A stretch of 64,000 nucleotides of DNA from Eledone cirrhosa (GCA_964016885.1 OZ024740.1:374542001-374606000); one strand, 5' to 3'; positions 42,821 to 57,896 are shown, numbered from the stretch's first letter. The notes: generated by a model from the sequence alone, not told the origin. Translations and numbers: made by a program.

Positions 42821-43167
42821 GTGAGGTTTTTTTTACAAAATGAAAAATAACCGAGGTGTCGTACACGAGTGAATGTATAGAGAAAAAAAAATGAAATCGA
42901 AAATGCAACTGGAGTGTTATTTAAAAAAAAAAAAAATATTTATTTGGTTCCTTTACCGGTTTCGCAGTTCTTCTGCTTTTCAAAAGGAGAGTCGAGATGG
43001 AGGGTCTGTGGTTTTTCTCACATATGTGAGAAAAACCACAGACCCTCCATCTCGACTCTCCTTTTGAAAAGCAGAAGAACTGCGAAACCGGTAAAGGAAC
43101 CAAATAAATATATATATTTATTTAAAATAGGACTCCAGTTGCATTTTCGATTTCATCTTCTTTTCTT

Positions 43168-43170
<3 letters not shown>
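42813..43170 (-). mobile_element. Fold-back Neptune-family end, perfect palindrome centred on catatg (43021-43026), two U3-A8 hammerheads (42950-42987 -, 43060-43097 +)
   Basis: Arms of about 145 bp. Matches 12081-12420 and 22185-22392. Confidence 0.87.
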
Positions 43171-43201
<31 letters not shown>

Positions 43202-44327
43202 TATATTTATAGTCCCTCAGAGATCTTTCGTCACACACCTGTGACAACATCAGTGATACTCATGATACTTCCGAACCAAATTCATATATCTATAAAGACT
43301 GAGACCTGGCAAGATATATCATGAAACAATATATATCTATACATATTTGTGTGTTTGTTGTGCACACTCATGTGTGTTTTAGCGTCAGGTTATCTCTTTT
43401 TGGTTATCGCTTTAGTTACTATGAAAATGATCCCCTAATGATTTTGTTTACAGTTTCCCTTCGCTAGTAGAGAGGGATGATTCAGCCACGCACGCAAAAC
43501 ACAACATGCGTATACTTCTAATGACATTCCTTAAACTAGTTGTCTGTTTAAATCATTACGTGCAATATTTGTCTTCAAAATATATTTGCTAACATACCGC
43601 TTAGTGTGTGTAGGGGTAGTCACGAAACACATTATGCACAAATACACTCTTAACAACATGGCCAAGCCTGTAGAATTTCACTTGCGTTCTTAATAATCCA
43701 CAACGATCGATCTTGTTATTCTCTGTCATCTCTTTATATCATATGGTAATAGGATCATCTATATCGTTTCTCCTGACAGTACACGATATTTTGTCTAATT
43801 CTTTTATAAAAAAGAATCTGATATTTTCAAATTTAAACTGTCAATGCAAATGATATTCCTAGATGTCATACTGCCTTCTTTGTTTGTTTCTTCTTTCTTC
43901 CCATCTTTCTTCCTTTCTATTATAGAAAGTATTATAACCTTTAAAATCCTACATTAGTTTTTTTTTTTTTTCATCTTTAAATCACTTTTATGCATTTGAT
44001 TTCTTGAATATAGTTCACTGCTATGACGACCTGCATTCTGGAATGAAATATTAAATTTCAATAGTATTTAATTCAGCTACAATAAATCGTCTACTCGTAT
44101 TGCATTACTTGTAGGCATTGCTATTTATTTCTTTATAGAACCACATTTATTCTTCGTATATGTTATGCGTAAACGGGGGCGAAACATAAAAACATTAAAA
44201 TTCGGAAACATTTATTTCCCACAAACTTAATCTCCTATGTTTAATACATACAAACGAAGAATAAAAAACTAAAATCCCGCAATAATCTTTCAATGTACCA
44301 CCCCCAAAATTGGATGAAAATTCTATT

Positions 44328-44440
<113 letters not shown>

Positions 44441-44950
44441 CACATGCATACATACATAAATACATACATACTTATCAAGCTAAAATGTGCCAGGATTATG
44501 ACTGTATGACTAATGCATATACAAATTTTACTGCTTGATTTTATTTATGTATTCTTTTCCTCGGTCGCATAATTTGAGTAACCAACCAACCATTTTCTTT
44601 TTGTTATTTACACTGCCAACTCAAGATGGCAAACATTCAATGTTGCTACATTCACGATGTGAACATCTGAGTCCTTATATATTCGTACTCTACTAATTGT
44701 CCGTCAGCCAATCTAGCACATTAAGCAAATGATATTGGACCCACACATTTCTTTCGAAATTCGGGAATAATATTCAGATAGGTTAATTGCTAGTGTTCCG
44801 AAATGAGGTCTTAGCAAATATTCATGTATTCTCAACGATGAAACAAGTCACTTTCTATATGATCTCTGTGTAGTGTATGTATGAACATGTCTCTCTCCCG
44901 GATATTTTGTTGATATATTTGAAAATATTTTAATCCTAAACACAGGAAGA

Positions 44951-46490
44951 TTCTTCTTCTTCTTCTTCTTCTTCTTCTTCTTCTTCTTCTTCTTCTTCTT
45001 CTTCTTCTTCTTCTTCTTTATCTTCTTCTTCTTCTTCTTCTTCTTCTTCTTCTTCTTCTCCGCTCAATTATTCCTGACAGTGTCATGGAAGCAGTGTCCT
45101 CAAACACACCTTCCAGTGCGTCCTATTTGCCGACTTCTGTAACTCATGAATACGGCCATGAGATACTTAAACATCACCTGCTTCAATGGACCTCAATTTA
45201 AATGCAGAGTGCAATGTGTAGACGTCGCAGATAGAACGAATTTCTCAGTCTTCGAAGCAGTGATTTTCATTCCACCTGTGCAGTACTCAGCATCACATCT
45301 ATCAAGTGGATACCGGAGATCATCTTCTGAGGAGTTAAGTAATACGATGTTGACTCAAAATTCCAACAGACTGGTCCTACCCCAGCCGGGCATGATACCA
45401 CTTCCAACCTGGCTGAGCATTGTAATCCTGTTCATTATGATTAGGAAGGTGAGAGGAGGGAATACGCACTCTTAGCGGAGTTCGACTTCCACTCTGAATG
45501 GTTTCACTCAGGCATTGGCAAAGAGACAACAAGGCAGTATGAAGATGTTTATCAGCTAGCTGGGATTCGACAATCTCCCTACATCTGTTTGCTAGAAATT
45601 AGCATAGACATTAGTGTGGAGGCTTAATAAGCGTGGTATCCCTCAGTGATTAGAGAAATCTTTTTTGACTCCTCTTTTGAAAATTGTGATTATCACTCCC
45701 GAATTCTTGTTAGGAATTCGGTGGCAGGGATGACGGATTAGATTATTTGCTGATCTGAAGTCGGATTCAAGATTAACTCCCAAATCCTCCAAAGTCTTAA
45801 ATTTAGACGCCTTTGCTGTCTCTGCAGAAACCTTTTGCGCATGATAGTACTGCAAGTGCAAGAAGGAAGGTATATTTCCAAGCTAAGCTTTCTAGGCCTC
45901 CGTCATTGCTTGCATGGAATCTGCCACATTCTTAATTGATCATTCCAATCATTCGTTTCCATTTCAGGTGGCTAATCTCGATATGGGCATTTAAGTCTCC
46001 CAATAGTATAATGACTCAGTTAAGACTGATTTCGTCAGGGAAGGATAACTACGTTAAGCCTAACCTTCAATATTCATCTTCCTTCCTAATAGGATGCAAT
46101 ATGTAACACATTCTGACAGCCAGAGGTTTGAGAGTACCCCAACTGACACCTGTGCAGTTATTCCTGGCCCCACACTTGGATAGTAAAGTTTCCATCCTCC
46201 ATAAAATGCTACAGTACCATTGGCACAGAACTTTCATTAGGAAACTACGACTGTATCTATCCAGTAGCATCTAGCTTCTGCCACCTGTTCCTGCTACTTA
46301 CCTGTAAGCGTAGTGAGATTCCAGGTTCGAAATGGTACGCTTTGTCCCCTTCCGAAACTTCGTTGGTGTGCATTCACATCTATGATTGAGGAGTCTATTC
46401 GAAATATATATATTGCAGTCTTCATGTTTAAAACATGGCGATAGGCTTGCGACCTGTCCAGAGAGGCGTGGGATGGACGCACACACAACG
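44951..46490 (-). mobile_element. Internally deleted RTE-like LINE with a (GAA)n 3' tail
   Basis: APE start RTWNLTTLTGK at about 46300, IILLGDLNAHI at about 46000, RT remnants 45150-45700, (TTC)n at 44951-45060. Confidence 0.6.
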
Positions 46491-46848
46491 CCTTGTATGC
46501 TATAATGTAACTTGTATTGTTGTTATTTTTTTCTTTTACTCTGTTATTTCTTTTAATTGCATTATTTTGATACTTATGAATATCTGAAATGTTTGTAGTA
46601 TCACTGTATTTGGTGTCAATCTTATCAATGTATAAATAAAATACGTTGCTATGAATTGAAGAATTTTGATGATATTTATGTATTAGTCATTCTATTTAAA
46701 AAGTTATGCAAAGTTCTTATTCATATAAATTCAAACATTATAATTTTATTTTTGAAAGTACTACTATAAATGCAAATAAAGTGGAAACGTGATAAACGTA
46801 TAAATGTCTATGTGATTATGAATATTCACACACACACACACGCACACC

Positions 46849-46913
<65 letters not shown>

Positions 46914-47220
46914 ACACACACAACACATACACAGACAGATATGTGTGTGTGTGTGTATATATATATATACATATATTTTTTATAGAGAAAGTTAGGTAAA
47001 ATGCCAACCGCGGCGCCTAGCGGCTTTACCGTTTACTGCCGCAGTGAGTATTTTACCTATTCCTATACACATCCTGTATCACTCCATGCATTGAGTACTC
47101 CCAGGATAATGGTCTCCTCGATCAGCGGCGGAGATTCTAATTCTTTTTTCTCTCTCTCTCTATGCTCTCTTCCATCACTCTCTCTATCTTCTCACTTGTC
47201 CCTCCCTGTTTCCCTCTCTC

Positions 47221-47284
<64 letters not shown>

Positions 47285-47362
47285 GCTCTCTCGTTTATAT
47301 ATAAACGGAAAATCTAAACCGCCCGTTGTCTTAAAGAGGCAATTCTAAATATGGATGCAGAA

Positions 47363-47411
<49 letters not shown>

Positions 47412-47796
47412 ATATATATACATATATACTATCAACATTAGATTAAAGATGTCATGTCTGAGTATATCTATAGTATGTGTCATACAACCTGTGGAATAAT
47501 CTCAAAGATTCCAAGTCGTAAATCCGAACATTTATATGAAATTAAAAGTCATATATATATATGAATGTTCATATTTTTCCTATATTTTCCTTTGTGGGAT
47601 ATATAAAAAAACCTTACATTCGAAAACATACCAATCACACGAGGACTGAAAATGACACCAGAGTACACACGAGTCTAAACAATATGACAACACATTAAAC
47701 AAAGATATTCTATATGAACTAATAGATACAACAACATAAAAAGTAGCCAAAACATAAACGAGAACAACGGCAGCAGCCATAATAACACCCTAATTC

Positions 47797-50700
47797 TAAC
47801 ACCTTTCTAGTGGGTCCGGGTATGATTTTACATTCATTTAAATTATTGACGTATTGTTTTATTGATATTTTTTATCTGTTTGGCCCGAATCTTCCTTTAT
47901 CGATTTTAAATCGTATGGTTGATTGTAGACTTGTTCTATATGTGACGGTATTTTAACGATAGTTATAGCTCTGATTCATCTGAATTATTGAGCCCTCTGC
48001 CGCTCATATCGAATTTCGTTTTTCGTGAACTCGTGCGCCGATTTTTCGATACTCGATCTTTCTAATATATTTAGCTCTGGACATAGCTATCCACCAGTTA
48101 ATTTTATTGCTCATTTTTTGTCGATTCTATTGAGTGATGAATAGCTTTTGTTTTATTTTAACATGTCTATTGAGCACCCTAATTCGATATGTGTATTTCC
48201 ACATTCACTCGAATTGTTTTCGCGGATATAGGGGTCATCTCCCTTGTCTAATGCCATGTGCGTTTTTCACCGCTAGTTGACTCCTTTGCCGCCAGGATAA
48301 AACTCGTTGACAACGTAAACTCCGTTCCACTTATTCTAGTAGGCTTTTATATTTATATGTGAGCTGATAGAGTACTGTCTAAGGATTTACAGAAACCCAT
48401 GAAGCTAGATTTAACACCTTTCTAGTGGGTCCGGGTATGATTTTACATTCATTTAAATTATTGACGTATTGTTTTATTGATATTTTTTATCTGTTTGGCC
48501 CGAATCTTCCTTTATCGATTTTAAATCGTATGGTTGATTGTAGACTTGTTCTATATGTGACGGTATTTTAACGATAGTTATAGCTCTGATTCATCTGAAT
48601 TATTGAGCCCTCTGCCGCTCATATCGAATTTCGTTTTTCGTGAACTCGTGCGCCGATTTTTCGATACTCGATCTTTCTAATATATTTAGCTCTGGACATA
48701 GCTATCCACCAGTTAATTTTATTGCTCATTTTTTGTCGATTCTATTGAGTGATGAATAGCTTTTGTTTTATTTTAACATGTCTATTGAGCACCCTAATTC
48801 GATATGTGTATTTCCACATTCACTCGAATTGTTTTCGCGGATATAGGGGTCATCTCCCTTGTCTAATGCCATGTGCGTTTTTCACCGCTAGTTGACTCCT
48901 TTGCCGCCAGGATAAAACTCGTTGACAACGTAAACTCCGTTCCACTTATTCTAGTAGGCTTTTATATTTATATGTGAGCTGATAGAGTACTGTCTAAGGA
49001 TTTACAGAAACCCATGAAGCTAGATTTAACACCTTTCTAGTGGGTCCGGGTATGATTTTACATTCATTTAAATTATTGACGTATTGTTTTATTGATATTT
49101 TTTATCTGTTTGGCCCGAATCTTCCTTTATCGATTTTAAATCGTATGGTTGATTGTAGACTTGTTCTATATGTGACGGTATTTTAACGATAGTTATAGCT
49201 CTGATTCATCTGAATTATTGAGCCCTCTGCCGCTCATATCGAATTTCGTTTTTCGTGAACTCGTGCGCCGATTTTTCGATACTCGATCTTTCTAATATAT
49301 TTAGCTCTGGACATAGCTATCCACCAGTTAATTTTATTGCTCATTTTTTGTCGATTCTATTGAGTGATGAATAGCTTTTGTTTTATTTTAACATGTCTAT
49401 TGAGCACTCTAATTCGATATGTGTATTTCCACATTCACTCGAATTGTTTTCGCGGATATAGGGGTCATCTCCCTTGTCTAATGCCATGTGCGTTTTTCAC
49501 CGCTAGTTGACTCCTTTGCCGCCAGGATAAAACTCGTTGACAACGTAAACTCCGTTCCACTTATTCTAGTAGGCTTTTATATTTATATGTGAGCTGATAG
49601 AGTACTGTCTAAGGATTTACAGAAACCCATGAAGCTAGATTTAACACCTTTCTAGTGGGTCCGGGTATGATTTTACATTCATTTAAATTATTGACGTATT
49701 GTTTTATTGATATTTTTTATCTGTTTGGCCCGAATCTTCCTTTATCGATTTTAAATCGTATGGTTGATTGTAGACTTGTTCTATATGTGACGGTATTTTA
49801 ACGATAGTTATAGCTCTGATTCATCTGAATTATTGAGCCCTCTGCCGCTCATATCGAATTTCGTTTTTCGTGAACTCGTGCGCCGATTTTTCGATACTCG
49901 ATCTTTCTAATATATTTAGCTCTGGACATAGCTATCCACCAGTTAATTTTATTGCTCATTTTTTGTCGATTCTATTGAGTGATGAATAGCTTTTGTTTTA
50001 TTTTAACATGTCTATTGAGCACTCTAATTCGATATGTGTATTTCCACATTCACTCGAATTGTTTTCGCGGATATAGGGGTCATCTCCCTTGTCTAATGCC
50101 ATGTGCGTTTTTCACCGCTAGTTGACTCCTTTGCCGCCAGGATAAAACTCGTTGACAACGTAAACTCCGTTCCACTTATTCTAGTAGGCTTTTATATTTA
50201 TATGTGAGCTGATAGAGTACTGTCTAAGGATTTACAGAAACCCATGAAGCTAGATTTAACACCTTTCTAGTGGGTCCGGGTATGATTTTACATTCATTTA
50301 AATTATTGACGTATTGTTTTATTGATATTTTTTATCTGTTTGGCCCGAATCTTCCTTTATCGATTTTAAATCGTATGGTTGATTGTAGACTTGTTCTATA
50401 TGTGACGGTATTTTAACGATAGTTATAGCTCTGATTCATCTGAATTATTGAGCCCTCTGCCGCTCATATCGAATTTCGTTTTTCGTGAACTCGTGCGCCG
50501 ATTTTTCGATACTCGATCTTTCTAATATATTTAGCTCTGGACATAGCTATCCACCAGTTAATTTTATTGCTCATTTTTTGTCGATTCTATTGAGTGATGA
50601 ATAGCTTTTGTTTTATTTTAACATGTCTATTGAGCACTCTAATTCGATATGTGTATTTCCACATTCACTCGAATTGTTTTCGCGGATATAGGGGTCATCT

Positions 50701-51133
50701 CCCTTGTCTAATGCCATGTGCGTTTTTCACCGCTAGTTGACTCCTTTGCCGCCAGGATAAAACTCGTTGACAACGTAAACTCCGTTCCACTTATTCTAGT
50801 AGGCTTTTATATTTATATGTGAGCTGATAGAGTACTGTCTAAGGATTTACAGAAACCCATGAAGCTAGATTTAACACCTTTCTAGTGGGTCCGGGTATGA
50901 TTTTACATTCATTTAAATTATTGACGTATTGTTTTATTGATATTTTTTATCTGTTTGGCCCGAATCTTCCTTTATCGATTTTAAATCGTATGGTTGATTG
51001 TAGACTTGTTCTATATGTGACGGTATTTTAACGATAGTTATAGCTCTGATTCATCTGAATTATTGAGCCCTCTGCCGCTCATATCGAATTTCGTTTTTCG
51101 TGAACTCGTGCGCCGATTTTTCGATACTCGATC

Positions 51134-51143
<10 letters not shown>
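47797..51143. repeat. Tandem array of a 615-bp unit, ~5.4 near-identical copies
   Basis: taacacctttctagtgggtccggg at 47797, 48412, 49027, 49642, 50257 and 50872. Runs into (TA)n at about 51139. Confidence 0.97.
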
Positions 51144-51172
<29 letters not shown>

Positions 51173-51176
51173 CTAT

Positions 51177-52163
51177 CTAAGGCGGCGAAAATTCCCGAGA
51201 TCCATGGACGAGTTCTCTCCAGCGGTCTCTGTCCCTCATTATCGCTGCCATGTCCTGCGTATCCAACAGACCAGTGTCTGTCCTTAGGGCATCGACATAC
51301 GTTAACCTTGGTCTTCCTCTTCTAGTGTGTCCATGTAGGGGCTCCCAAAGGAGTACTGAGTGCAATGTCAACTCTGGATGTCGGTGAGCATGTCCAGCTA
51401 ACCTCAGTCTCCTCTGTGTCACTTTTGAGCTGACTTTTGGGATGCTCCCATACAGCTCTGAGTATTTCATCCTCAGTGTATACTGATTAATGTTCAGAGC
51501 CATCCTCAGCATTCTCGTGTAGCACCCATCCACCATCTGAGTGAGTTTCTTTGTCAGTGTCCAAGTCTCAGACCCATACAGCAGCTCAGACTCCACTACA
51601 GCAATGAAGAGGCGGATTTTCAGGTATCTACGAAGGTCCGACTTCCACACCGATCTCAAGCTATGGCACGCCGCCCAGGCCTTTCTCTTCCTCTCAACCA
51701 CATCATCTTCCGTATTCCCAATCTTTGCTCCCAAATACAGGAAGTCCTCAACCAATTCCAGCGGCTTCCCGCCTACATTAGTGATCCCCTCTGGCCTCTC
51801 AACATTCTCTACCAGATATTTTGTTTTAGTCTCATTCATTCTCAGCCCCACACTCATCGACATAGTCTCAACCTCCCGCATCAAATCCTCTGCCTACTTC
51901 ACTGTATTTGACACCCAAACTATGTCGTCGGTATATTCAGCATCCGATACCTTTTTCGCCCCAACTCTCCTGCTCTGAGCCGGTGCTACAGTAAAGCCAG
52001 AGTCCTGGTGTTTCTTCAGTGCAAGGCGCATACAATAGTCCACTACGATGATGAAAAGGTAGGGAGCCAATGTATCTCCCTGGAGCACTCCAGCCAGTAT
52101 CTCAAAGAACTCTGTCATCCCATCAGGTGTAATGACTTGGGCTTTGGTGTTGGTGTAGAGCAG
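51177..52163 (-). mobile_element. 5'-truncated RTE-clade LINE, RT C-terminal half with one in-frame stop (~51894)
   Basis: LAGVLQGDTLAPYLFIIVVDY, EYTDDI, GLRMNETKTKY, DFLYLG, LLYGSETWTLT, RRLRLAGH, RRGRPRLTY. The stop abuts (TA)n. Confidence 0.9.
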
Positions 52164-55100
52164 TGATATATATTGAGCTAATAATTACGAATGGTTGGGA
52201 TGCCCTCTCTAGCATTTCCCCAATGAATGAAAGCCGTTATTTGATGCAAATAACACGTGATTTCGCCCTACACTGGGCAGCGCGTATATTAGCTTTCGCT
52301 CTATCCATGAGGTTAGATGTGTTCGTAATTATTAGCTCAAAAATTTGGAGCTCGTTAAGTACACGGGGATCGGAATTAAGAGTATTTCGCAGTTCACAGT
52401 AATAATAATAATAATAGCTCAAAGATATATATATATATATATATATAGATTAATTTTGCAAACTTTCACGATTACAGCAATCCGATTTGAAAGGTAATAT
52501 TATATCCTGAGTATAAATTAAATTATTCTCAGCTGTGCTGCTCGAAAATGAAATAAAAAGGATTAATTAAATATGCCCTAAATTTGTTCGAGGTAATGTG
52601 ATTGTGTGTCAGACTCCCCACTCATAGTGATTGTTATTTTTAATGTTCTATTTTTTGTCACCATTTAGCAGCGTCTGTAAACAATACGTTTGACTGCTTA
52701 ACGACAGGTACTCCAGAAATAAAATTGACAGTGCGATTGCATACTCATGATTGCAGATTACTAAATAACTTAATGAAAACAAGCAAATAGAGCAACATTT
52801 GTAACATAGATTGTGTTGTTTTTTAAATGTTTATAATGTACTTCATTACGTCTTCTATGAATGCACCATATGCAAATTAGATGGTTTAGATCCTTATGTT
52901 TTATAAAAATAGCTAGTGGCTATAGCTACATTTGGACAGAAAATGTTACTTTTCGTCCGATGTACAATCAATAGCCTATTAAACAAATAGTCACAATGAT
53001 TTTGTATATAACATGATTATTATGTGTTTGCCTACAGTAATACGATCCTCGTTTATTATTTTGTGTTCATTAAAGTTAAAAATGGTGCTTGCCCACCCTA
53101 TCAATATAGTAATGTATGTTAATAAAATGGTAAAATGGATTCTTATCATTTTTGGAATTTTGCACCAGGTCTGCAATTACTAAGTACACCTATGGTGAAA
53201 GCCATTCTAGCCATGATCAGGAATCATTTTAAAATTTATATGAAATAAATATTCAATGTATTTTTATTATATGAGACATTAATCTGAGGATGTGTTTATT
53301 AATCCTACTACGTTGTACTGTTGAATCGAGGTTCTGGATTTGATTGGAGCTAGTTTTCTTCATTGTCTATACTAGAAAAGACTATGAAGAGCTCTATGGA
53401 TAGATTTAGAAATAGGGAGATATATATAAATTAATAATATATAATCCCCAAACGATGCAAATGTGCATGTACTCCACGGCCTATGCGGTTTGGTCAAATT
53501 TAGTCTCTGAAATGAACGGCAATATATTGCTAATCATGTAGTAGACAGGAGAAGCCCCGGGCTGATGTGCCTCCAGTCTCCAGACTAACTAGATTTTTTT
53601 TACATAGACAATAAATACGATAAATAATAAAGCACCCTCCCCCTTAACACACACCCCTTGCACACACAATACAATATAACAATTCTGTAAAACCCTCTAA
53701 TTTAATAGTACAGCATTAGATTTTATTTCGGTAACAGTAATTCATTTTCAAAAATTTAATTCAGATGCCAGTTGTCATACTAAGGCAATTCTCAAAATGT
53801 TTGAAGAAATAATATAAATGGCAATAGAAAACAGAAAAATAATAACTTGCTATGATTTGAAGAATTCAGGAGGAATTATGCATACTAGCCGTCCCATTGA
53901 AGTGGCTATTATGCAAAGTTTCATCTAAATTAATCAATATAAATTGATTCAAATGTTCAGCTATAAATGTAAAGTTAACTTGTTAAATATAGTTTAACAT
54001 TTTTATATTACTCACAATTAAATATAAATAAAGTGTAAATTTGATGCCTGGTTTAGAAATTCGCAACATTACATCGTTGTTGCAAGGTTTATTCTCAGAG
54101 CACGGCAGGTTTCACAAGTGTATCCTACTATATCGTCAGATTGACTAATACTTTTCTTATACGCGGACTGTTCGTATATAAATGCGCATATACCGATTCC
54201 TCACAAATATAACCAGCCATACATGTACATTATTATATCCTTTATATGTTTCTTTTATTGCATTTAATCATTAGACTGCACACTTGGTGTGTACTGCCTT
54301 GTTATAGTTAGTATATCAATACTAGTACTTAACTATCCATCTCTTTTTCTATCGTACCGCTTAATGCCGGGAAAGAAACAAACACATAAAATACGTATAT
54401 AACGGATGGGATTTCGCAGGTGCCGTCTAACAAATTTCACTCTTAAGTGATTGGTAAACTGGAGATTATATTTAAAAACAGTTGCTCTAGCAGCTGCGCA
54501 GCGCTTCTGCACCAGAAACCATGCCTTGTTTATCGATGTTTAATTGCTTCCGAGGCTATATCCAAGAATTATCAGCCAGATGTTACTGCTTACGATTAAT
54601 GAAGAGATAGTGTAATTTCCATCCCCACATTTCAGAGCTTAAACGCCACTTTATTCAACGAAAATTGTTATGAAATTATGCCGCATTGCGAATTGTCTCA
54701 GCGATTGAGCGCCGGTGGCATCCTAATTGATTGGGAATGCTTAGTAGGCATTTCAGCTAAGTATTCCTTGTTGTGTGATATAAGCCTTTCTGAGAGTTCC
54801 TTCCCTATTCGGAAAATAAGTGTACTTATAAGAGCTAATACAACAACAATAATATAATATCTCGTAAATGTGTACATTGTAGCGATGAAATATTGTGATT
54901 GCAAATAATCTAAAGGTTTAGAGGAAGTTGAACTCTAAGAATATAATATATTGAAGAAGAACTTTCGTGATCTAATTCTGGTGAATTCAATACGTGCTAG
55001 TATAACAACATTAGCATGGAATATTATAAGGATATAACATGTGATTACTGATTATTACACTAAGGCGTCATTGCTAAAGCGCAAGCTTCACACATGAATT

Positions 55101-56039
55101 CTCTGATATGTTGCACTAATATAGCAATAGGCATTTTCAAGTAATTACATCTTTTAACTAACGGAGTAAACAAACAATATAAATGTAGAAATAGTTTATA
55201 TAATATGTATTAATTTTTGTATTATGCAAACTTCTTATGCGCAGTAAGCTGTTTTATTACCATATGAATTTCGCAGAAAATGAACCTAAAAGTACAATAA
55301 TCAATGTATACCTCTTAATGGGCATTTGTGCTGCTCTGAAATCTTATTTTCCAACGAGATGAACATAAAATCACGAACTAATATGTCTGTGGCCATTCAC
55401 TAAACAAGAGAGAAATGCAGTGTTAATGGCTAGTGTGATGTAAATGTAACCATTTATGAAAGATGGCGGACAAAAATTGTAAGCATAAAAGTTTCTTATT
55501 TGAACTCTGACTGCTACTAACCTTTGACTGAAAAATCATTTACGCAAAAAATCTAGCGAACATTTATTGGTTATTCTTTATAAGAATCTTGTATCATCGT
55601 GATTTTCTGAGATTAAATGGATACTATTTTCGGTTTGATTTCACCTGTTCCTTAACACCTTCGTATGTTATATTTATTATATTTTTATGAAGAGAAACGT
55701 AGCCTCTAACTGTTTGACTGCACACATACTTATTGGTGATTGATTGAATCACATAAGTATTTCACTGAGTACTTACAGTAAGGTCAAACGAACGTCAAGA
55801 TAGATTTAAATCTTGAAACTGTCAAGAACAAAAAAAACCCACTTCTGCGCACTACATTTTTATATTTTCTGATACTCGTCGATTAAATATATTATACTAC
55901 GTAGATTAAGCTCTCCATCTACAAATGATAATAATCAAACTTCAAGCCATTACTTTCTTATCTTACATTGTCAGGAACATAAGAATGTTCGCTGGCTTGC
56001 GGGAACCAGTTCAATAATCTCTCACTGTTTCTGTCAGTC

Positions 56040-56345
<306 letters not shown>

Positions 56346-56499
56346 ATTGCTGTTGAAATACTGTCAACACAAACTTCTAGAAAGGTCGGTTTTAAAAAAA
56401 ATGTTTTCATGGAATAGTTTTATAAGGGAATGAATGTTAAAATGTACTAGGCGATTATGTTTTATTGTTGTGTTCATTCGTTTATGATCATTTGGTTAC

Positions 56500-57230
56500 G
56501 CACTATACTAAATAAGGTTACTCCGAAGACGCTACGGTGGAGCCCCATATCGTGGCATCTTGTATTCGCGATCGTATACTTTCGGTCATTTCCTAAGATT
56601 CATGACCATAGGTAAATGTTGCCACGAATAGTAAATTGTAGGTAACGAGTGTGGCTTTTACGGCTACATACCATCTTTTAATTACTAAACCTTGAAACTT
56701 GTGCCTTACTGCACTAGCTCCTGCAATATTTTGGAAATAATTAAACCTATTGTGATCAGTGCCAACTGGTGCATTGGTGTTTTCCATCAAGATATATGAC
56801 TCCGTCATAACTACATCTAAGGCTGTAGTGACTTAAATAAAGAAGGGTTTCTATTCGAACTCATTATTTCATGCATAACTTGCACTACAGATAGAGACCT
56901 ATCTCTCAGCATAAACTTCAACAGTGCAATCCTTCCTCCTAAAGGGGTCCAATTCATACACATTCTGATATCCGGGACTTGTGAGTATCCAACTGTCATT
57001 CCTGTCATTTCTGGCTTCACACCTGAATACAGGACGTTCCACCCTCCATTCAATTCTACAGAATTAGAGCCACGGAACTTTGTTAAGGAAATCCCGACTA
57101 TATATAGCCCGTAGCATCTAGTCTCCTCTACTAGATCCTTCCCCTTGCCTGTAACAGTTGTGATGTTCCAGGTTCCAACTGGTAAGGCTTTAACCCTTCC
57201 TAACCCTAACCATAACCCTTCCGAACCCAC
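56500..57230 (-). mobile_element. Decayed RTE-like LINE (APE N-terminus fused to late RT remnant)
   Basis: VGTWNITTVTGKGKDLVEE..IVGISLTKFRGS..GWNVLYSG and FVATFTYGHES. Confidence 0.7.
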
Positions 57231-57454
57231 TTTGGGGTCTCGTGATACGCAAACGTTGTGAGTCTATCCAACGCCTTCCAGGATAGGCTGCATGTTCATC
57301 GCTTGTTTTTGCAACATGAAATGGAGACTGCAATATATATGTTTGACAGGGCGCACTTGAAGGTCTGAACGCATCCCTTGTTAACCCACGCGTAGGAAGT
57401 TCCGGCATGTTTATTTTTGTTTTCTTCACCACACCTATATACACATATATATAT

Positions 57455-57896
57455 AGTGTTAGAACACTGGAAGGTAAGATCCGTAGTGGTAGAGCACTCA
57501 GTCCATGGAACGAGTTAGGTAGAAGTGATTACAAAACAGTTATTTCACCATACCCAGAAAAATTATTTCACGTTACGGATCCTCAGCTAGTAATGGACAT
57601 GGTTATACGTTGTCCACACGTCTGGAAACACCTCTTACATACTACAAAGCTCCGATTTGAATTACAACAACATCCTAATTTTCTTATCAACTAGAAACTT
57701 TTCGGACATTCGCAGTTATCTCCCTTACACCTCTCGCACGCAATTAAGTATTGCCTGTGTGAAGTGATCGCTTCTGCGCATGCGCGTTCGTACGGTTGTG
57801 CTTCCTCTTCCGTATAACCATGTCCATTACGAGGTGAGGATCCGCTAAGGTGAAACAATTTTTCTCGGTATGGTGAACTAACTGTTGTGTACCCAC

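Noticed and set aside
47797-51143. Array as CRISPR or rDNA/snRNA repeat
   Set aside because: No unique spacers, eukaryotic context, and no recognisable rRNA, snRNA or tRNA sequence.
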